Origin: Zootoca vivipara
Lineage: Eukaryota
DNA: 64,000 bases
Assembly (NCBI RefSeq): GCF_963506605.1
Contig: NC_083276.1
Coordinates: 106,578,001-106,642,000, forward strand
Direction: 5' to 3'
Shown here in pieces: positions 38,134 through 51,297 of this stretch; position 1 is the first letter of the stretch; each line of letters opens with the position of its first letter. The notes below the pieces were generated by a model. That model was given only the letters and a program-made list of their open reading frames with translations, ran no database searches and had not been told where the DNA came from. The position numbers were made by a program, and so were the translations under genes.

Positions 38134-39835
38134 GATTAACATCTACCATTGATAAACTGGGTTTAGGCTTTTCATATGTACATTAGCCTCTTGTAAGCAG
38201 GTTGCTGAGTCTACTGTCCTACTGCCAGAATGCATTATTACTGTACACATCTCCCTATGTTTGTTACTTTCCTGCTGCCTAGTTGGGCTCCTTGAGGAGT
38301 GGCACTGAAGAAGGAAGTCAAATTTGGCAGGAATGGAAAGGAATGAAGGGTGACTAAGTGGGTGTGTGAATTAGGTGATGTCAAACTAATAAGACAGACC
38401 CATTTCAGGAGTCAAAAGAGAATCAAAAGAGGGCTCTCTTTCACAGACAGAATATCCTTTTAAGCAAAGGTGTGTTAATAGGAAAGTTCTGCTCTTTCAC
38501 AGAGAGGTTTTACAGTGTGGAACAAATTCTTATCAGGTGTATTTGGGCACCACTGCATCTGTTTGCTTAGATAAGATGGAATAATGAACATGGGGCAGGT
38601 GAGGTGGCCAAAGGAACATGGAAAATTCATTTCACCTTATGAAAAGTAGGTACTGTGAGAATGAGAGAGATCTATGTATATGTACATGTGAACATATCAA
38701 AGACTTGATAAAGCAAAAGCAAAACTTAACATACCTTACATCCAGACATATCTTGTTGGGTTTTGTGACCTGGAGACTAGGGTTGTGCACCAGAATTGGT
38801 CAAAGCCCAGGTCCTAAGCCAACATGAGCCTATTAGGAGGGATCCGGGTTTTGTTCCAGTCTGGTGGAGGCAGCCTCCGATTACTACAGGTCAGGTTGAA
38901 CAGCCCAGAGCCATCCTGGGCTGTCAGAAGGTGAAGCATCAGGCAGGAAGGAGAGGCAAGTGACAGCAAGGAGGCTGAATAACTGTGAAAAACGATACAC
39001 CTGGCAGACAGCAGCATCTTTGCCTGAGAAGGTAGGGGATACCTTTTTTTGCCAGGTCTCTTTCTTCCCACCAGTGCCAAGCCTCTTCTCCTTCCTTGTC
39101 CTACCTTGTCCTTTGCTTCAAAGGAGCAGCATTGTGCAGGGACCTCTGGTTTTATTATTATTGATATGCTGTATACATAATAACAGCACTAGCCCTGGAG
39201 AATCCTAGGATCCTGGCCAGAATAGCCAAATGTATTGCAAATACCGTATGCATATATGTTTTGCACATCCTTTGAAGCATAATATTGGCTCTCTTTTGAG
39301 GGGCAAAGTTTCTTAGTGAAACAGTGTTTCACATCCTGGAACCAAAGGCTTGTGTCATAAAATTAAGTATAACGGAGAGCTTTGCTTTGAAATTATTCTT
39401 GGCCTCACTGCACGGATGACCAAGAGTGTAAGAGAAGGGGATGGAAAAGCTTAGAGGTCAGATGAAGGTTAAAAACAAATAGGTCACAGCAAATTAATCC
39501 TTATCATCTGACCAGTGTGGGCAAAACATAGGCATGGCTAAAGCTGAAGGGAAATAAAAGTCTGTAACAATGTAGTGGAAGGTATAAAACAATTCATTAG
39601 TTCTTTTATGCCTGTCTTGTCTTCCCTTTCATCTTGTGTGTGCCCTTTGTAACTGAGGGAAATGGGGTGTCTCGTCCTACATACATACACTAAAAGGGAA
39701 AACATGATTATGAAGCTTTTTTTTTTACTTGGTGGGGTTTTCAACACCTGATCTTTCACAAAATTTGTTCACTTATTTATTAATTTAAGGCATTTCTACG
39801 CTGCCCTTCAACAGATTTCCGAGGGCAGTTTACCA

Positions 39836-39836
39836 A

Positions 39837-39904
<68 letters not shown>

Positions 39905-39905
39905 A
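39836..39905. repeat. (AAAG)n microsatellite
   Basis: Direct inspection. Confidence 0.97.
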
Positions 39906-40536
39906 CACTTGTGTATTCATCTGTATGAGGTTAGCTATGATACCATTCAAACTACCATGCTGGTTACTGGGAGCAGCATGCAAACAAATTTTGTGACTCT
40001 TTCGTTGTGGTGTGTACATTTTCCGAACCTTAATGCATCAACGCAACCAAACTTTTGTTTTGTCATCAGATTTTTGTCCTGGACTAAAGGGTAGCCCTTT
40101 GAAAGGAAGTGTAAAATCATTCACAGGAAAATGTAGTTGTTACTGTTATGACAAAGTGTATAAAATATACTCATGCTTATTGAGTGTCTCTATGGCTGAA
40201 ATCCTAAACATGCTTACTAGGAAGCAAGTCCCAAAGGAGCTTATCCATCATCTCCTCCCCCTTGCAATCTCCCCCAAAATGTGTTTTGAGTGTATGCCCT
40301 AACCCTCTGGAGCATACCTGGGGTACACATGATAGCTGCAAGCAGAAAGGGGAAATCCATTTCACCAATTACGTCCATTCTGCTAAAAGACAGATATCAT
40401 CGGATTTCCCCCAGTGGAACTTGCCACTGAGTAAATATGTATAGAACTGCGCTGGAAAACTTAAAACTAGAGACTGAGAATGGGAGACTGGAAATTGTCT
40501 CAAGTTTTGTGTTGATACAATCTTCACACAAACAAT

Positions 40537-40843
40537 GCCCTTTCAGCACTGTACATTTGAAGCAGTATTTGAAGCACTTCAAACAGCCTTGGCTTCCCTC
40601 AAAGTATCCTGGCAACTGCAGTTTGTTAAGTGTGCTGAGGGTTGTTAGAAGACGCCCTCTTCCCCTCACAGAGAAAATTCCTCTCACCAGAGAATTCTGG
40701 GGATTGTCATTCTGTGAAGGGAATGGGGCGTCCGAACAACTCTCAGCCCCCTTAGCAAACTACAGTTGCCAGGATTCTTTGAGGGAAGCTATGGGTGTTT
40801 GAAGTGGTATGATACTGCATTAAATGTATAGTGCAGATGGACC
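40537..40843. mobile_element. Palindromic PIF/Harbinger-type MITE
   Basis: Element-long inverted repeat: gcactgtacatttgaagcagtat..cttccctcaaagtatcctggcaactgcagtttg versus caaactacagttgccaggattctttgagggaag..atactgcattaaatgtatagtgc; related relic near 52000-52145. Confidence 0.75.
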
Positions 40844-41068
40844 ACAAATGTAGAGTTACCTGTCAGAACAGGGGGTTGTATCAACCATCAGGTTAGCTCA
40901 ATAATAATTATTTTATTTTTCCCTCAATGAATATGGCAGCAAAGTTCTGCCTTTAAACTCTAAACAAATTTGTTATAAGAGGGGTTCACAAGAGCTCGGT
41001 CACAGTGCCAGGGCTCAGCTTCATGTATGATTGAATAACGAACACTTTACCTAATAATTCTGCTAACC

Positions 41069-41388
41069 CAGGGGTCCCCAGACTTACCGGGCTTTGGGCC
41101 GGAGGGCAGGGGAGTGCGCGCCCTTGCGCATGCGCACACGCACACGATCGGAAAAAAATCACCGAAAATCGCTTGTGCGCATGCGTATGGGCCTCCCCCG
41201 ACCCGGAAGTGCATCGGAAATGACCTCTTCTGGGTCGGGAGAGGCCCATACGCATGCGCACAAAGGATTTTCGGCGATTTTTTGCCGATTTTGAAGATCG
41301 CTGCCGCGCGCCGTAAGAGCGGGCGGCGGCAGTGGGCGGCGGGGGTCGTCACGGGCCGGATTGGGAGGCCGTAGTTTGGGGACCCCTG
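41069..41388. mobile_element. hAT MITE (320 bp) with CpG-rich internal hairpin
   Basis: TIR CAGGGGTCCCCA / TGGGGACCCCTG; perfect TSD tgctaacc (41061-41068 / 41389-41396). Confidence 0.93.
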
Positions 41389-42546
41389 TGCTAACCTATA
41401 TCTGCTATTGTAGATATTGTAGACCCTGTTTGACTCCCTTTTATTTGAAAAAGAATGATAATTCATGCATGTTACAGCATTAATTAACATGACCCTCCTC
41501 CCTTGCGCAAACAACAAATGCTTTTCATATTAATATTTTAATTAGTATAAATAATGTGTGTGGTGATATGGAGAAAGATTCTGTTGGCATACATTTGGCT
41601 TTTTAAAAGAAAAGGAAAAGAATTATGCTTGAATCTGATCATACAGGGCTGATTGTGTATCTGCTCAGGTATCTCCGAGGTGTTTATTTAATGTTCCTTC
41701 TCTTTTTTTACATGCAAATGAATAAAGAAAATTCAGTATCTGAGAGTGTTGAGTTGCATTTCAGTGCATTCCTGGACCTTGAATCTGATCGTACAGGGCT
41801 GCAATTGAACCATGCAAATATTTAATCAGTCCCAGAACTGTCAGAGAAAAGAATTTACAGGCGAGGTTCTTATTTTATTGCCTGCATTGATTTAATAGCA
41901 GTCAGGAAACCAAGAAGAATACAATAATCCAGTGTCCTTTAGACTGGTGCAATTTTGAATTCTCGTTGCATCAATAAAATACTGGTCTGCAGGTGAGGAA
42001 ATCATCTCTGAGTAGCAAGGGTTTTGTTTTGTTTTGTTTTGTAACTGGTTGTCTAGTGTGTAATGAAGCATCTATATTAAAGGACAGTGTTTTTCAATCT
42101 TTTCTACCAAGCCAAACAAGGTTTCAAGTACGGTAGGTGAAATACGAGCTATAGCAACAAGCCAGGGCCCAGATCCATGACCACACTTCCCAAGCCAATC
42201 TCTCTTTTCGCCAAAATTATATTGTGATGTGGGATGTGAAAAGAAAAAAGAAAAGAAAAAGGCTGGCCCTAAACTCTTACAAACCTTTCATAAACCTTTG
42301 ACTTGAGCATCCACTCTGCATAGCTCAGGGGCATATGTATAATACAGGGAAAGAATGTACCCTGCCACAATGAAGGCCAAGAGTTCTGGAGCAAGGGCAA
42401 GCTGCACTTCCAAGCTGTCATGGCTGAATGATGTGCAATGGGATCCAGGAAGGAGCCAAGTGGCTGGGAAGTGAGAAACAGGATGAGCAGGTCTGGTGGT
42501 GCAGTGGTCACCAGGAAGAAATGGTGCTTGATGCACTCATCATTTC

Positions 42547-42937
42547 ATAGGTAATAGGTATAGGTAAAGGACCCCTGGATGGCTAAGTCCAGTCAAAGGC
42601 GACTATGGGGTTGCAGAGATCATCTCGCTTTCAGGCTGAGGGAGCCGGCATTTGTCCACAGACAGCTTTCCGGGTCATGTGGCCAGCATGACTAAACCAC
42701 TTCTGGTGCAATGGAACACCGTGATGGAAACCAGAGCACATGGAGATGCCGTTTACCTTCCTGCCACAGCAGTACCTATTTATCTACTCACACTGGCGTG
42801 CTTTCAAACTGCTTGGTTGGCAGGAGCTGGGACAGAGCAAGAGGAGCTCACCCTGTCGTGTGGATTCAAACTGCTGACCTTCCAATTGGCAAGCCCAAGA
42901 GACTCAGTGGTTTAGACCACAGTGCCACCCACGTCCC
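42547..42937 (-). mobile_element. Full-length Sauria SINE, different subfamily
   Basis: 3' end ggtaaaggacccctggatggctaagtccagtcaaaggcgactatgg (on plus strand) and head ...gccacccacgtccc; more diverged than the other copies. Confidence 0.9.
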
Positions 42938-43306
42938 TTTTATCAGTTTATGGATGCACATTTGCCTCAACCTAACTTGCTTAACCCACTGCTTTTGGGG
43001 GCATCTTTGGGAGAAGAAAAGGCTAAGGAGTAAACCCTACAGCCTACACAAATCTGGAGTGGAGTCCTAAGACAATTAGATGACTAATAACTGAGGACTA
43101 GAGATGTATTCATGCTGTGCAAGAGATGTGAGGGAACAAAGCAATTTTAAGTGGATTCCTCTTAATGGAATCTCATCCTGCAAAAGTCACCACCACCACC
43201 ACAACAACAACAGGCCTTGCCACTCTGGTCAGTAGTAACAAGGAAAAGAGAAAACAAGGGAAATACTAGTGGTATAAAACACATGCAAATATGGGTTCCA
43301 TTAGGG

Positions 43307-43440
43307 CAGGCATGGCCAAACTTGGCCCTCCAGATGTTTTGGACTACATTCCCCATCATCCCTGACCACTGGTCCTGTTAGCTAGAGATGATGGGAGTTG
43401 TAGTCCAAAACATCTGGAGGGCCAAGTTTGGCCATGCCTG
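43307..43440. mobile_element. hAT MITE (134 bp, near-palindromic)
   Basis: TIR CAGGCATGGCCAAACT / AGTTTGGCCATGCCTG; perfect TSD cattaggg (43299-43306 / 43441-43448). Confidence 0.95.
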
Positions 43441-44789
43441 CATTAGGGGAAGGTTATGACAGTGACATTAAGGGCTACAAAGTGGGTGGAGAATAGATAT
43501 GGAACCACAACTATCAGAGATACCTCTGAAGGGTGAGCCCAGTATTGGCAAAGTAGTTTCATAATAAATTTTGACTGTGACTATTGTTACATTCATAGGT
43601 AACAACATATTTTTTTCATGTTGGAGGAAATGACACAAGAAAAAAAAGGACCACAAAACAAGGAAGGAGTTTAAATAAACACAGAAGAATGGTCTCAGGA
43701 ACATTCTTTCAGTCCCCAACAAGAATAGTAAAAGCTTCATTTGCAAAAGGCAGAAAACAGCAAGGCATGACCTACACCATTAGATAGCCAATACTGAAGG
43801 GTGGGGACAGTGTCAGGGAAAGAAATAAAATTCCCAGGAGACACTTGGGTGGCAAGTCATTACTATAAAAGATAAACTTCAATTAGCCTTTAATTGTTTC
43901 CAGAAATAAATGTCTCTCAATCTTTCTTGAAACTAACCACAACTATTTTTTACATAAGATTATAACAGTTCTTTATTACCTTCTAGTTGGAAACAGATTG
44001 TCTCGTCAAAGTTAAAGGTTGCTACAATATGTCCCACTCAGGAATTTTTTCTTCTGGTTAAAAGATTCTTTCTGTGGGAAGACCCATTGCTATAAAAAAA
44101 GAGCATTAGGTGTGTTTGTAAGCGAGATGGCAATTGATGGCAAAATCACATTATATGCCCTGCCTGAGCAAAGACCACCACCCCTTTTGTCCACTTCGCA
44201 TGTTTTGGGGTCTCAAGTCTGTTCCCTTAGCTGGCAGATCCCTTTAAGCATAGGTGAAACATTGACTTGACTGCTAAACAGGATCCATGGAGAACTGGAT
44301 ACTGAAGACAGGAAGATTAATGGACATCTATACTCTCACTGAGAATGTTATCTAAATACAGAGACCCCAGAAACCTAGAAACTATCAACTGCAATTCATT
44401 TTTTGAAGCCAGTGTAACGGTGTCCCAAAGAAGCATTGAAAATGGCCAGTATATCAGATATCAGCTGCTGCTGCACCAGATCTGTTCTATTTAGCCTGAC
44501 CTTATAAGGTTGTTGTTTCATTTTTCAACTGCTGTCTTCCGGCTAATGCTCCAGAGGAGCAATTCTGAAGTCAATGGAATGATGGTACTGCCCATAAACG
44601 GTTGAGGATTACAGTTTAACAACTGTTAGTATCATAGAACCGGCTATAGAGAAAATATTTTGTTTTTTAAAAATCCCACACGTAGTTTTTATTTATGCAT
44701 TTTTATGGTGCTTTGAGGTATCCTGCTCATTTCATGCTGTTGTAGAGAGCGTTCACCCATGACTTTGGTCATACTTTATTTGAAGACAT

Positions 44790-45142
44790 CAAGGAATGGG
44801 TGAATTTCCATTTATTCTAGTTTCTCATTTTTCTACTCTTAAGTCCACATTTTCTACATCAGTTTGAAATGTGTGTTTTTTAAATGTCTTCATAAAAAAT
44901 AATCAGCATTTTAGTGTAAATTTCTGCTAATATCCACATTTTTATATGCAATTTTTTTGCCTGAGTAATTTTCCCATTAAAATATGCAGTTTTATGCTAC
45001 TTTTGCAAATATATATACTTTTGTACACTTTCACCTAGCATAGGCAATTTTGTACACATTGTTTGGCTTGGCAACTGTCTTTCAGCATTAAAAGAAGTGT
45101 AAATTTTGATGTGAACAGAATTGAATTTCTTCCCCACCCCTG
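44790..45142. mobile_element. Old AT-rich interspersed repeat; related copy at ~54420-54740
   Basis: Both copies share tttctcatttt..catcagtttg/cagcagtttg..tttgcct..gcaatttt..aactg/agctg..agaagtg in the same order. Confidence 0.5.
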
Positions 45143-45927
45143 AAGGGAATATATCAACAGGTAGATAAAAGGGCTCTATCTGTTAGAATAATGTGACCTA
45201 GAAAGCCATCTCTTCCACGCACCGATAACAAAGCAAGAGTTTCCACTCCGAGCAACGAGTTCAGATAAGAAAATCATGCCAGAATATAGTTTTAAAAGGA
45301 CAGGAGTGAACAAGGTTTGTCACACCTTATCACCTGCTAGATAAGGGATCCGTTTTGTACATAACTACCAGGCAGCTCAAGCAAATGAGCCAGTCCTCCA
45401 GAAGTGAACAGATTTGCTAGAATTATGTGGCTTGCGTCTCTCTCTTCCATATGATCCCACAGGAATCTGGCTTGCACTGAAGGAATTTCTGTGTGGGTGT
45501 AACATCCTTTGTGGTGAACCACTATAGCATAATATCACCAACAGATTAAAAGAACATTTAAAGACATACCATGAATAAATGCAAGGCGTCAATGGATCAA
45601 AATGCGATTTTTTCCCCACAGATGAGTTAATGCACAAGAAATGTGGCATCTGAATGTACCTTTCAGTTAGACCAGCCAGGAGATGGGCTTCTGATTTGTC
45701 AAAGAAACTCTATTTGGGTCATATGATTACATTTTATATATTTTCCCAATCATGCAGCCTCACTTGTCTTTGGAACTGTCATAGCTGTGCAACAAGAAGA
45801 AACTTGATTTCATTGCACGTAGCCCATCGTGGCTAGTTAAATGGTCAGTGAAAAGCCAACATATCCAGTAGAACATCTCAAGTTACAGACTTGAGGAACA
45901 ATGCACTGCGGAATGTCCAGGAACTTT

Positions 45928-45930
<3 letters not shown>

Positions 45931-45981
<51 letters not shown>
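45931..45981. repeat. (TA)n microsatellite
   Basis: Direct inspection. Confidence 0.97.
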
Positions 45982-45984
<3 letters not shown>

Positions 45985-48302
45985 AAGATGAGGTGATTTG
46001 TCTTGCCAAGACCCATGATGTATTGCAAAACCCATTTAAAGCAGTCTTGCCAAGATCCAATAAACATCAGGCTCATGACACCTGCTGGAAATGGCGGTGC
46101 ATGTTAGGGTCCTCACTGGGCATGGCCAACTTGGAGCTGCTGCCATATGCAGGGTTAAAAAACTCATAATGTGATGGTGTGCACAGTTTGATCTTGATCC
46201 TGGAGGTGGCTGTCTGCCAGAGGCGCCAACTTGCAGAGAAGATTGCAGGAGCCAAAAGAGCTGGGCCCCTAGGAGTTGGTGCCTATGCTGGCTGCACACA
46301 AATGGCTGCCCATCGACAGGGATCACACATGGCTACCCCAAGGCCAATGGTTTTCTGAATTATCTGGAATTCAAGACAGCCCCATAAGTTTACACCAACT
46401 AAGCATTGGTTTCCTCCCCACTCTCTAATGCTGAGAAACTGCTTTTGTTTTTATATGAAGAGCATAAATTAGTATGCACAGTAGGAGCCAAGATGCAAGC
46501 TTCAGAGAACATTGACAGCGGCAGCCTATTAAACTTTATGTCCTGAAAGGTCCCATTTCTCTTCTGGCTCCAAAAATCCCAAACTCTTTCTTCCCCAGAC
46601 AAAATAACATGGGGCTTCTTGTCTGCAATCTCAGTTCGGGCTGAGTGCACTTCAAAGCTGCATTGGGGCCCAAGTCTGGATGGGATGCTTATTAGTCACA
46701 ATCAGTCATGTGAGTTGTCCTGCTAGTTGAACAAGTAGCCTTCGGGGGCAAGAAGACTGGGAAACTTCTCAGTGTTACAAGACACATTTGAAGCAACCTG
46801 GACCACAAATCTGTATGCAGTAAATCCATCAGTCTAGATGCTTTCGCACACGTATCTCTCTTTAAAAAACAAACAAAGACAAAAACCACATTCTACAATG
46901 GGGGTTAACCACACAGTTCAAACTATTCCATTTTTTGTTACCTCTCCAACAGAGTTCACACATTTTGGGAGAGCGGAGAGAAATTGTGGTAAAGGTCATT
47001 GGCACAAAAAGAAACTCCTAGATCTTAAAGCAAAAATACTCTTTTCAACAGTACTAGTAAAAAATGAATAAAAAAGCATAACTACATGTTTAGCATCAAC
47101 CACACAGGTTTCTCTGAATCCCCTCCTGAGACACCTTAAATCATTCACTTTTAGATTAATAGCCCAACCAACCTGCAATGCAATAGCCTCTTCTTCCTAC
47201 ACCACCTTACTTATGCCAATTGAAACAACCAATCAATCCAACCAATCAAAGCCAACCAATCACATCTATAGCTTTTCAACAAATCATAGTTTCCAGGCAA
47301 GGAGGTCTTTTTTCCCTTCCTTCTAAGCCAAGAATGATATAGAGACCATGAGCAAACTGCTGCTCTTGTTTATAAATCAAGACATAGACTTCTAGCTCCA
47401 TGAGCCAGGGTATAAGAAAACGCAAAAGACATCCCCATGGTTTAGGGAAAGACTAAAAGTACACAATATAAAATATTCCCATTAAAACATCACAACAATT
47501 TAAACAGGAGACTCACGTCCCCCTTTTCATTTTTCTCTGCAATGTTAGCCAGCAAGTGCAGGCAATTGAGGACAGAGTCTGTTGGCATGACTAGTCACCA
47601 CCTTCTGTTGACATGGAGAAGACAGGGTCCTTACTTACCTAGGGCTAAGGCGCTCTTGGCCATGCAAAAGCCTGAAGTCCCTTCAGAACTGAATACAAAC
47701 AAGACAACAACCTACCAAACAACACACCCATCTAGAGCCAAGAACTCCTCTGTTAAGAAAAGTTCAGTTCCTTTGAAAATATTCCTCTAAATTGTCACCC
47801 TAGCTTTTTTGTCATTATTACCATTTCTAACATTGTTTATTTATTTATTTTATTAATTTACAAATCTCCTTTCATGAAAGTCTCAATGCAATTTACAACC
47901 GTAGGTTGAAAAACAATACAACCCCCCCCAATAAATTTTAAGATAGATTTTAAAATAATACAAATGAAATGCTCACAGATATCTAAAGTTGGTCTTGGAG
48001 CCCCATACTTATTTGTCTTTTTTTAAATAATAAAGTTTTATTAGTTTTCAATTACAGTCCAATAATAGCCTCGTTATAACAATACCAATTTATAACACAA
48101 TTATTAATTAGCATTCATTCAAATACCGAATTATATAATTTAGATAAAGTGGCCCCCATGTGCAAGATTTGATGGTTTTCTTTATTTCCGCATTCCAAAA
48201 TCTTATTAGTTTCAATTACATTTCGGTCGTAATAAAGCAGGTGTGTCTTGACATGGCAAGTTGCACCTTCTGAAATTCGTTTGTCTCTACAACACTTAAA
48301 GG

Positions 48303-48616
48303 CAGTGGCGAAAGAAGGGGGGTGCAGAGGGTGTGGTCCTCCCCGGGTGTCATCACTGAGGGGGGTGGGTGACAAAATGAGTTTGAAAATAGAAATAAAA
48401 AAATGGGAGTGACAGCAGCATGGGACTTGCATCTGCCTGCTGCCTCTCCCTCAGCCACCCTACAGCTGAGGGGGAGGTAGCGGAGAGGCTCCAAGCATCA
48501 GAGAGGCTCGCCCCACCCCCATGGGGGATCACCCTACCCCATGGGCGTGGATCACCCCATCCCGGCTGCAGGACATACCCCTGCACCAGGCACCCAAGCA
48601 GTTAGCTACACTGCTG
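48303..48616. mobile_element. hAT MITE
   Basis: Ends CAGTGGCG... and ...CACTGCTG; TSD cttaaagg (48295-48302) / cttgaagg (48617-48624). Confidence 0.65.
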
Positions 48617-48825
48617 CTTGAAGGGGCAGGAACCCTTTCCTTGTTTGCATCTGCTGGCCTTAGCTGAAGAGTAAAGCATTGGCAGATTCAAAGAATTCAT
48701 TCTAGAAGTAAAATGCTAGTTGTGTATTATTATTTGATTCTGTTCTTGCAGAACAATTCAAGATGTGTCTACTTAGTATTTCCCGTTTTCAGTGGAGCTT
48801 GCAGCCTTTCGCAGGTCAATAGGAA

Positions 48826-48826
48826 A

Positions 48827-48877
<51 letters not shown>

Positions 48878-49278
48878 CAGTCCATCTGGTTGGGTTTCCC
48901 CAGTCACTCTGGGCGGCTTATAGCATATTTAAATATCAAATAACATAGTCAAATATCAAGCATTAAAAACTTCCTGACACAGGGCTGCCTTCAGATGTCT
49001 TCTTTATCTCCTTGACTCCTGATCTCTGAAGAAAGGACGTTCCATGTGGCAGGCTCCACTAACGAGAAGGCCCTCTCTGCCTGGTTCCCTGTAACTTCGC
49101 TTCTCACAGTGAGGGAAACAGCAGAAGACCCTCAGAGGACGACCGCAATGTCCAGGCTGAGCGATGAGGGTGGAGGTGCTCCTTCAGGTATACCGGGACT
49201 TTTAGGGTTTTAAAAGTCAGCCACAACACTTTCAGTTGTGCTCAGGAACATACTGGGAGCTAGTGAAGATCCTTTGGG
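48826..49278 (-). mobile_element. L2 LINE 3' fragment with (TTA)n tail
   Basis: Reverse complement matches the L2 copies at 62431-63170 (gggaaccaggcagagagggccttctc, agacatctgaaggcagccctg, gggaaacccaaccagatgg). Confidence 0.88.
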
Positions 49279-50759
49279 ACTTTTAAGTATAAGGATTTCA
49301 GCTAGATTTGGAAGGCTTCAGGACTGAATGTTTGAGAGCTGGATGCATGCTGAGTGGCTTACCGTATATTCTTTTTATGTTTTAAAATGAAGTATTTTAA
49401 CCATCTCTATTTCTGCTGGACCTCCCACGCACATTACAGAGTGGTGCCCTCCTCTCCTTTCCCCAAGATGGAAAAATGTGATTTGCTAAACGTTGGTAGA
49501 AAAATCTAGCAAATAAACAAACAGGATTTCAAGTTTCAGCATGGGAAAAGCAGAAATCACAGCGAGGTTCAAACGAAATGCAAAACTGGATTCGGTGGGG
49601 AGGGGTGCGTGAGTAGGAAGCAGAGTATTTAAAGAGCATTTTTGCAGTTGGTTTTTCATCAAGGTCCAAAGAAAATAAATAAGAGGCACAAACTGTATGG
49701 TTTATTGGCCAGTGTGTGTGTCAAGCTAAAATACACTCCCCGTCTGGGGCCAGTTAGTTTTTCTGTGTGAAAGGCTAGCCTGTGTATACCCCTTGCCATC
49801 AGCACATTCTAGCTTAAAACATGTTGATTTTGTCAATCAGCTCTTTTGCACCTATTATCTTCTTTGGTTACTTGTTTTAGGAAGCAGAACTGTTCTCAAA
49901 GAATTATCACATACGTGCAAGATGGACCTTTCTGTGCTTCCAATTGGTACTCTGAACATTGCACTCTTGGGAATATAATAAATCAGCAATGTCTGCTGGT
50001 GCATCCCAGATTGGAGTTAAATGTTGAGGGCACTCCAGTGTCAGCATCATATATACCGGGGGCGGGGAACTGGATCTGGATGGCTAGATCCAGACACACC
50101 CACGGGCTACGGTTTACAGGTTGGCTGGACTGCCCACCTGTCAATCAACTGACATCACAACGACATCATGCGAACCTTTTTTTTTTGCCTGTGCGGTTTG
50201 AAGTCAAACTGCATGGGCAAAGAAACTTCCTAAGTGCCCCAAAACCAGCTGATGGTTGGCGGTGAGGAAAGCTCTATGTGCAGGCTACCTCTCTCTCATA
50301 ATAAAGGGCAGAAAGATGGAACACCCGAAATGTAAAAAAGTAACCTGCAGCTAGTATGGAAAATGGCAGGAGACCAAAGCAAAGAGAAGGGGAGTCAATT
50401 CCAGGAAAGCCTGCAAAGGGATTTGAACTGATGATTCAGGAAGGAGAGTATATGCTACACCAGACCCAAATATATTGAAAATTTAGCTGCTTGCACACAC
50501 CAGGAGGGACAGAAGAGAAGTGTTATGGATGGGGGTGCGGGGAGACATGAAAGGCAGGTGGTGAAGGCTTCAACCTATACAGTCACTTATGCCGCATTGA
50601 AGCTAAGATGTATACTGTACATTTGAGACATCCATTGTACATGTGCAGAAGACAGTGCATGTGTAGATGATGGCTTTATTTAATAGGTGTTGCTGGGTTG
50701 CAGCCATGGGAAAACAAATAAAATAATGCATGGGGAAATAAATTGCATACCTTCCAACA

Positions 50760-50849
50760 CATAGCTGCCAAGTTATCCCTTTTTTACAGGGATTTTCCCT
50801 TATGCTGAATAGGCTTCCTCGCGAGAAAAGGGAAAACTTGGCAGCTATG
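50760..50849. mobile_element. 90-bp hAT MITE inserted in the terminus of another MITE
   Basis: TIR CATAGCTGCCAAGTT / AACTTGGCAGCTATG; perfect TSD ttccaaca (50752-50759 / 50850-50857). Confidence 0.92.
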
Positions 50850-50985
50850 TTCCAACATTATGTGTGAAAATAGGGACATTCTATTGCTTTAGAATAGGAC
50901 AGTCAGGTAAAGGTGTGCATAGCAACATAAAATGTGACTTGAAATACAGGGGGCGGGGAAGTGGCTGTGTTTGAAGCCACTAATG

Positions 50986-51297
50986 CAGGGGCCAGCAAAC
51001 TTTTTCAGCAGGGGGCCGGTCCACTGTCCCTCAAACCTTGTGGACTATATTTTGGAGGGGGGGGGAACGAATTCCTATGCCCCACAAATAACCCAGAGAT
51101 GCATTTTAAATAAAAGCACACATTCTACTTGTGTAAAAACACCAGGCAGGCTCCACAAATAACCCAGATATGCATTTTAAATAAAAGGACACATTCTACT
51201 CATGTAAAAACATGCTGATTCCCGGACCATCCGCGGGCCGGATTTAGAAGGTGATTGGGCCGGATCCGGCCCCCGGGCCTTAGTTTGCCTACCCATG
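50986..51297. mobile_element. hAT (Charlie-type) MITE with an internal ~72-bp tandem duplication
   Basis: CAGGGGCCAGCAAACT / AGTTTGCCTACCCATG; TSD cactaatg / cactaata; ccacaaataacccaga..tgcattttaaataaaag..cacattctact present twice. Confidence 0.88.

Noticed and set aside
47517-47688. Two minus-strand exon-like segments (47639-47688 and 47517-47604, MPTDSVLNCLHLLANIAEKNEKGD)
   Set aside because: They are separated by only 34 nt, too short for a vertebrate intron; no partner exons or homology recognised.
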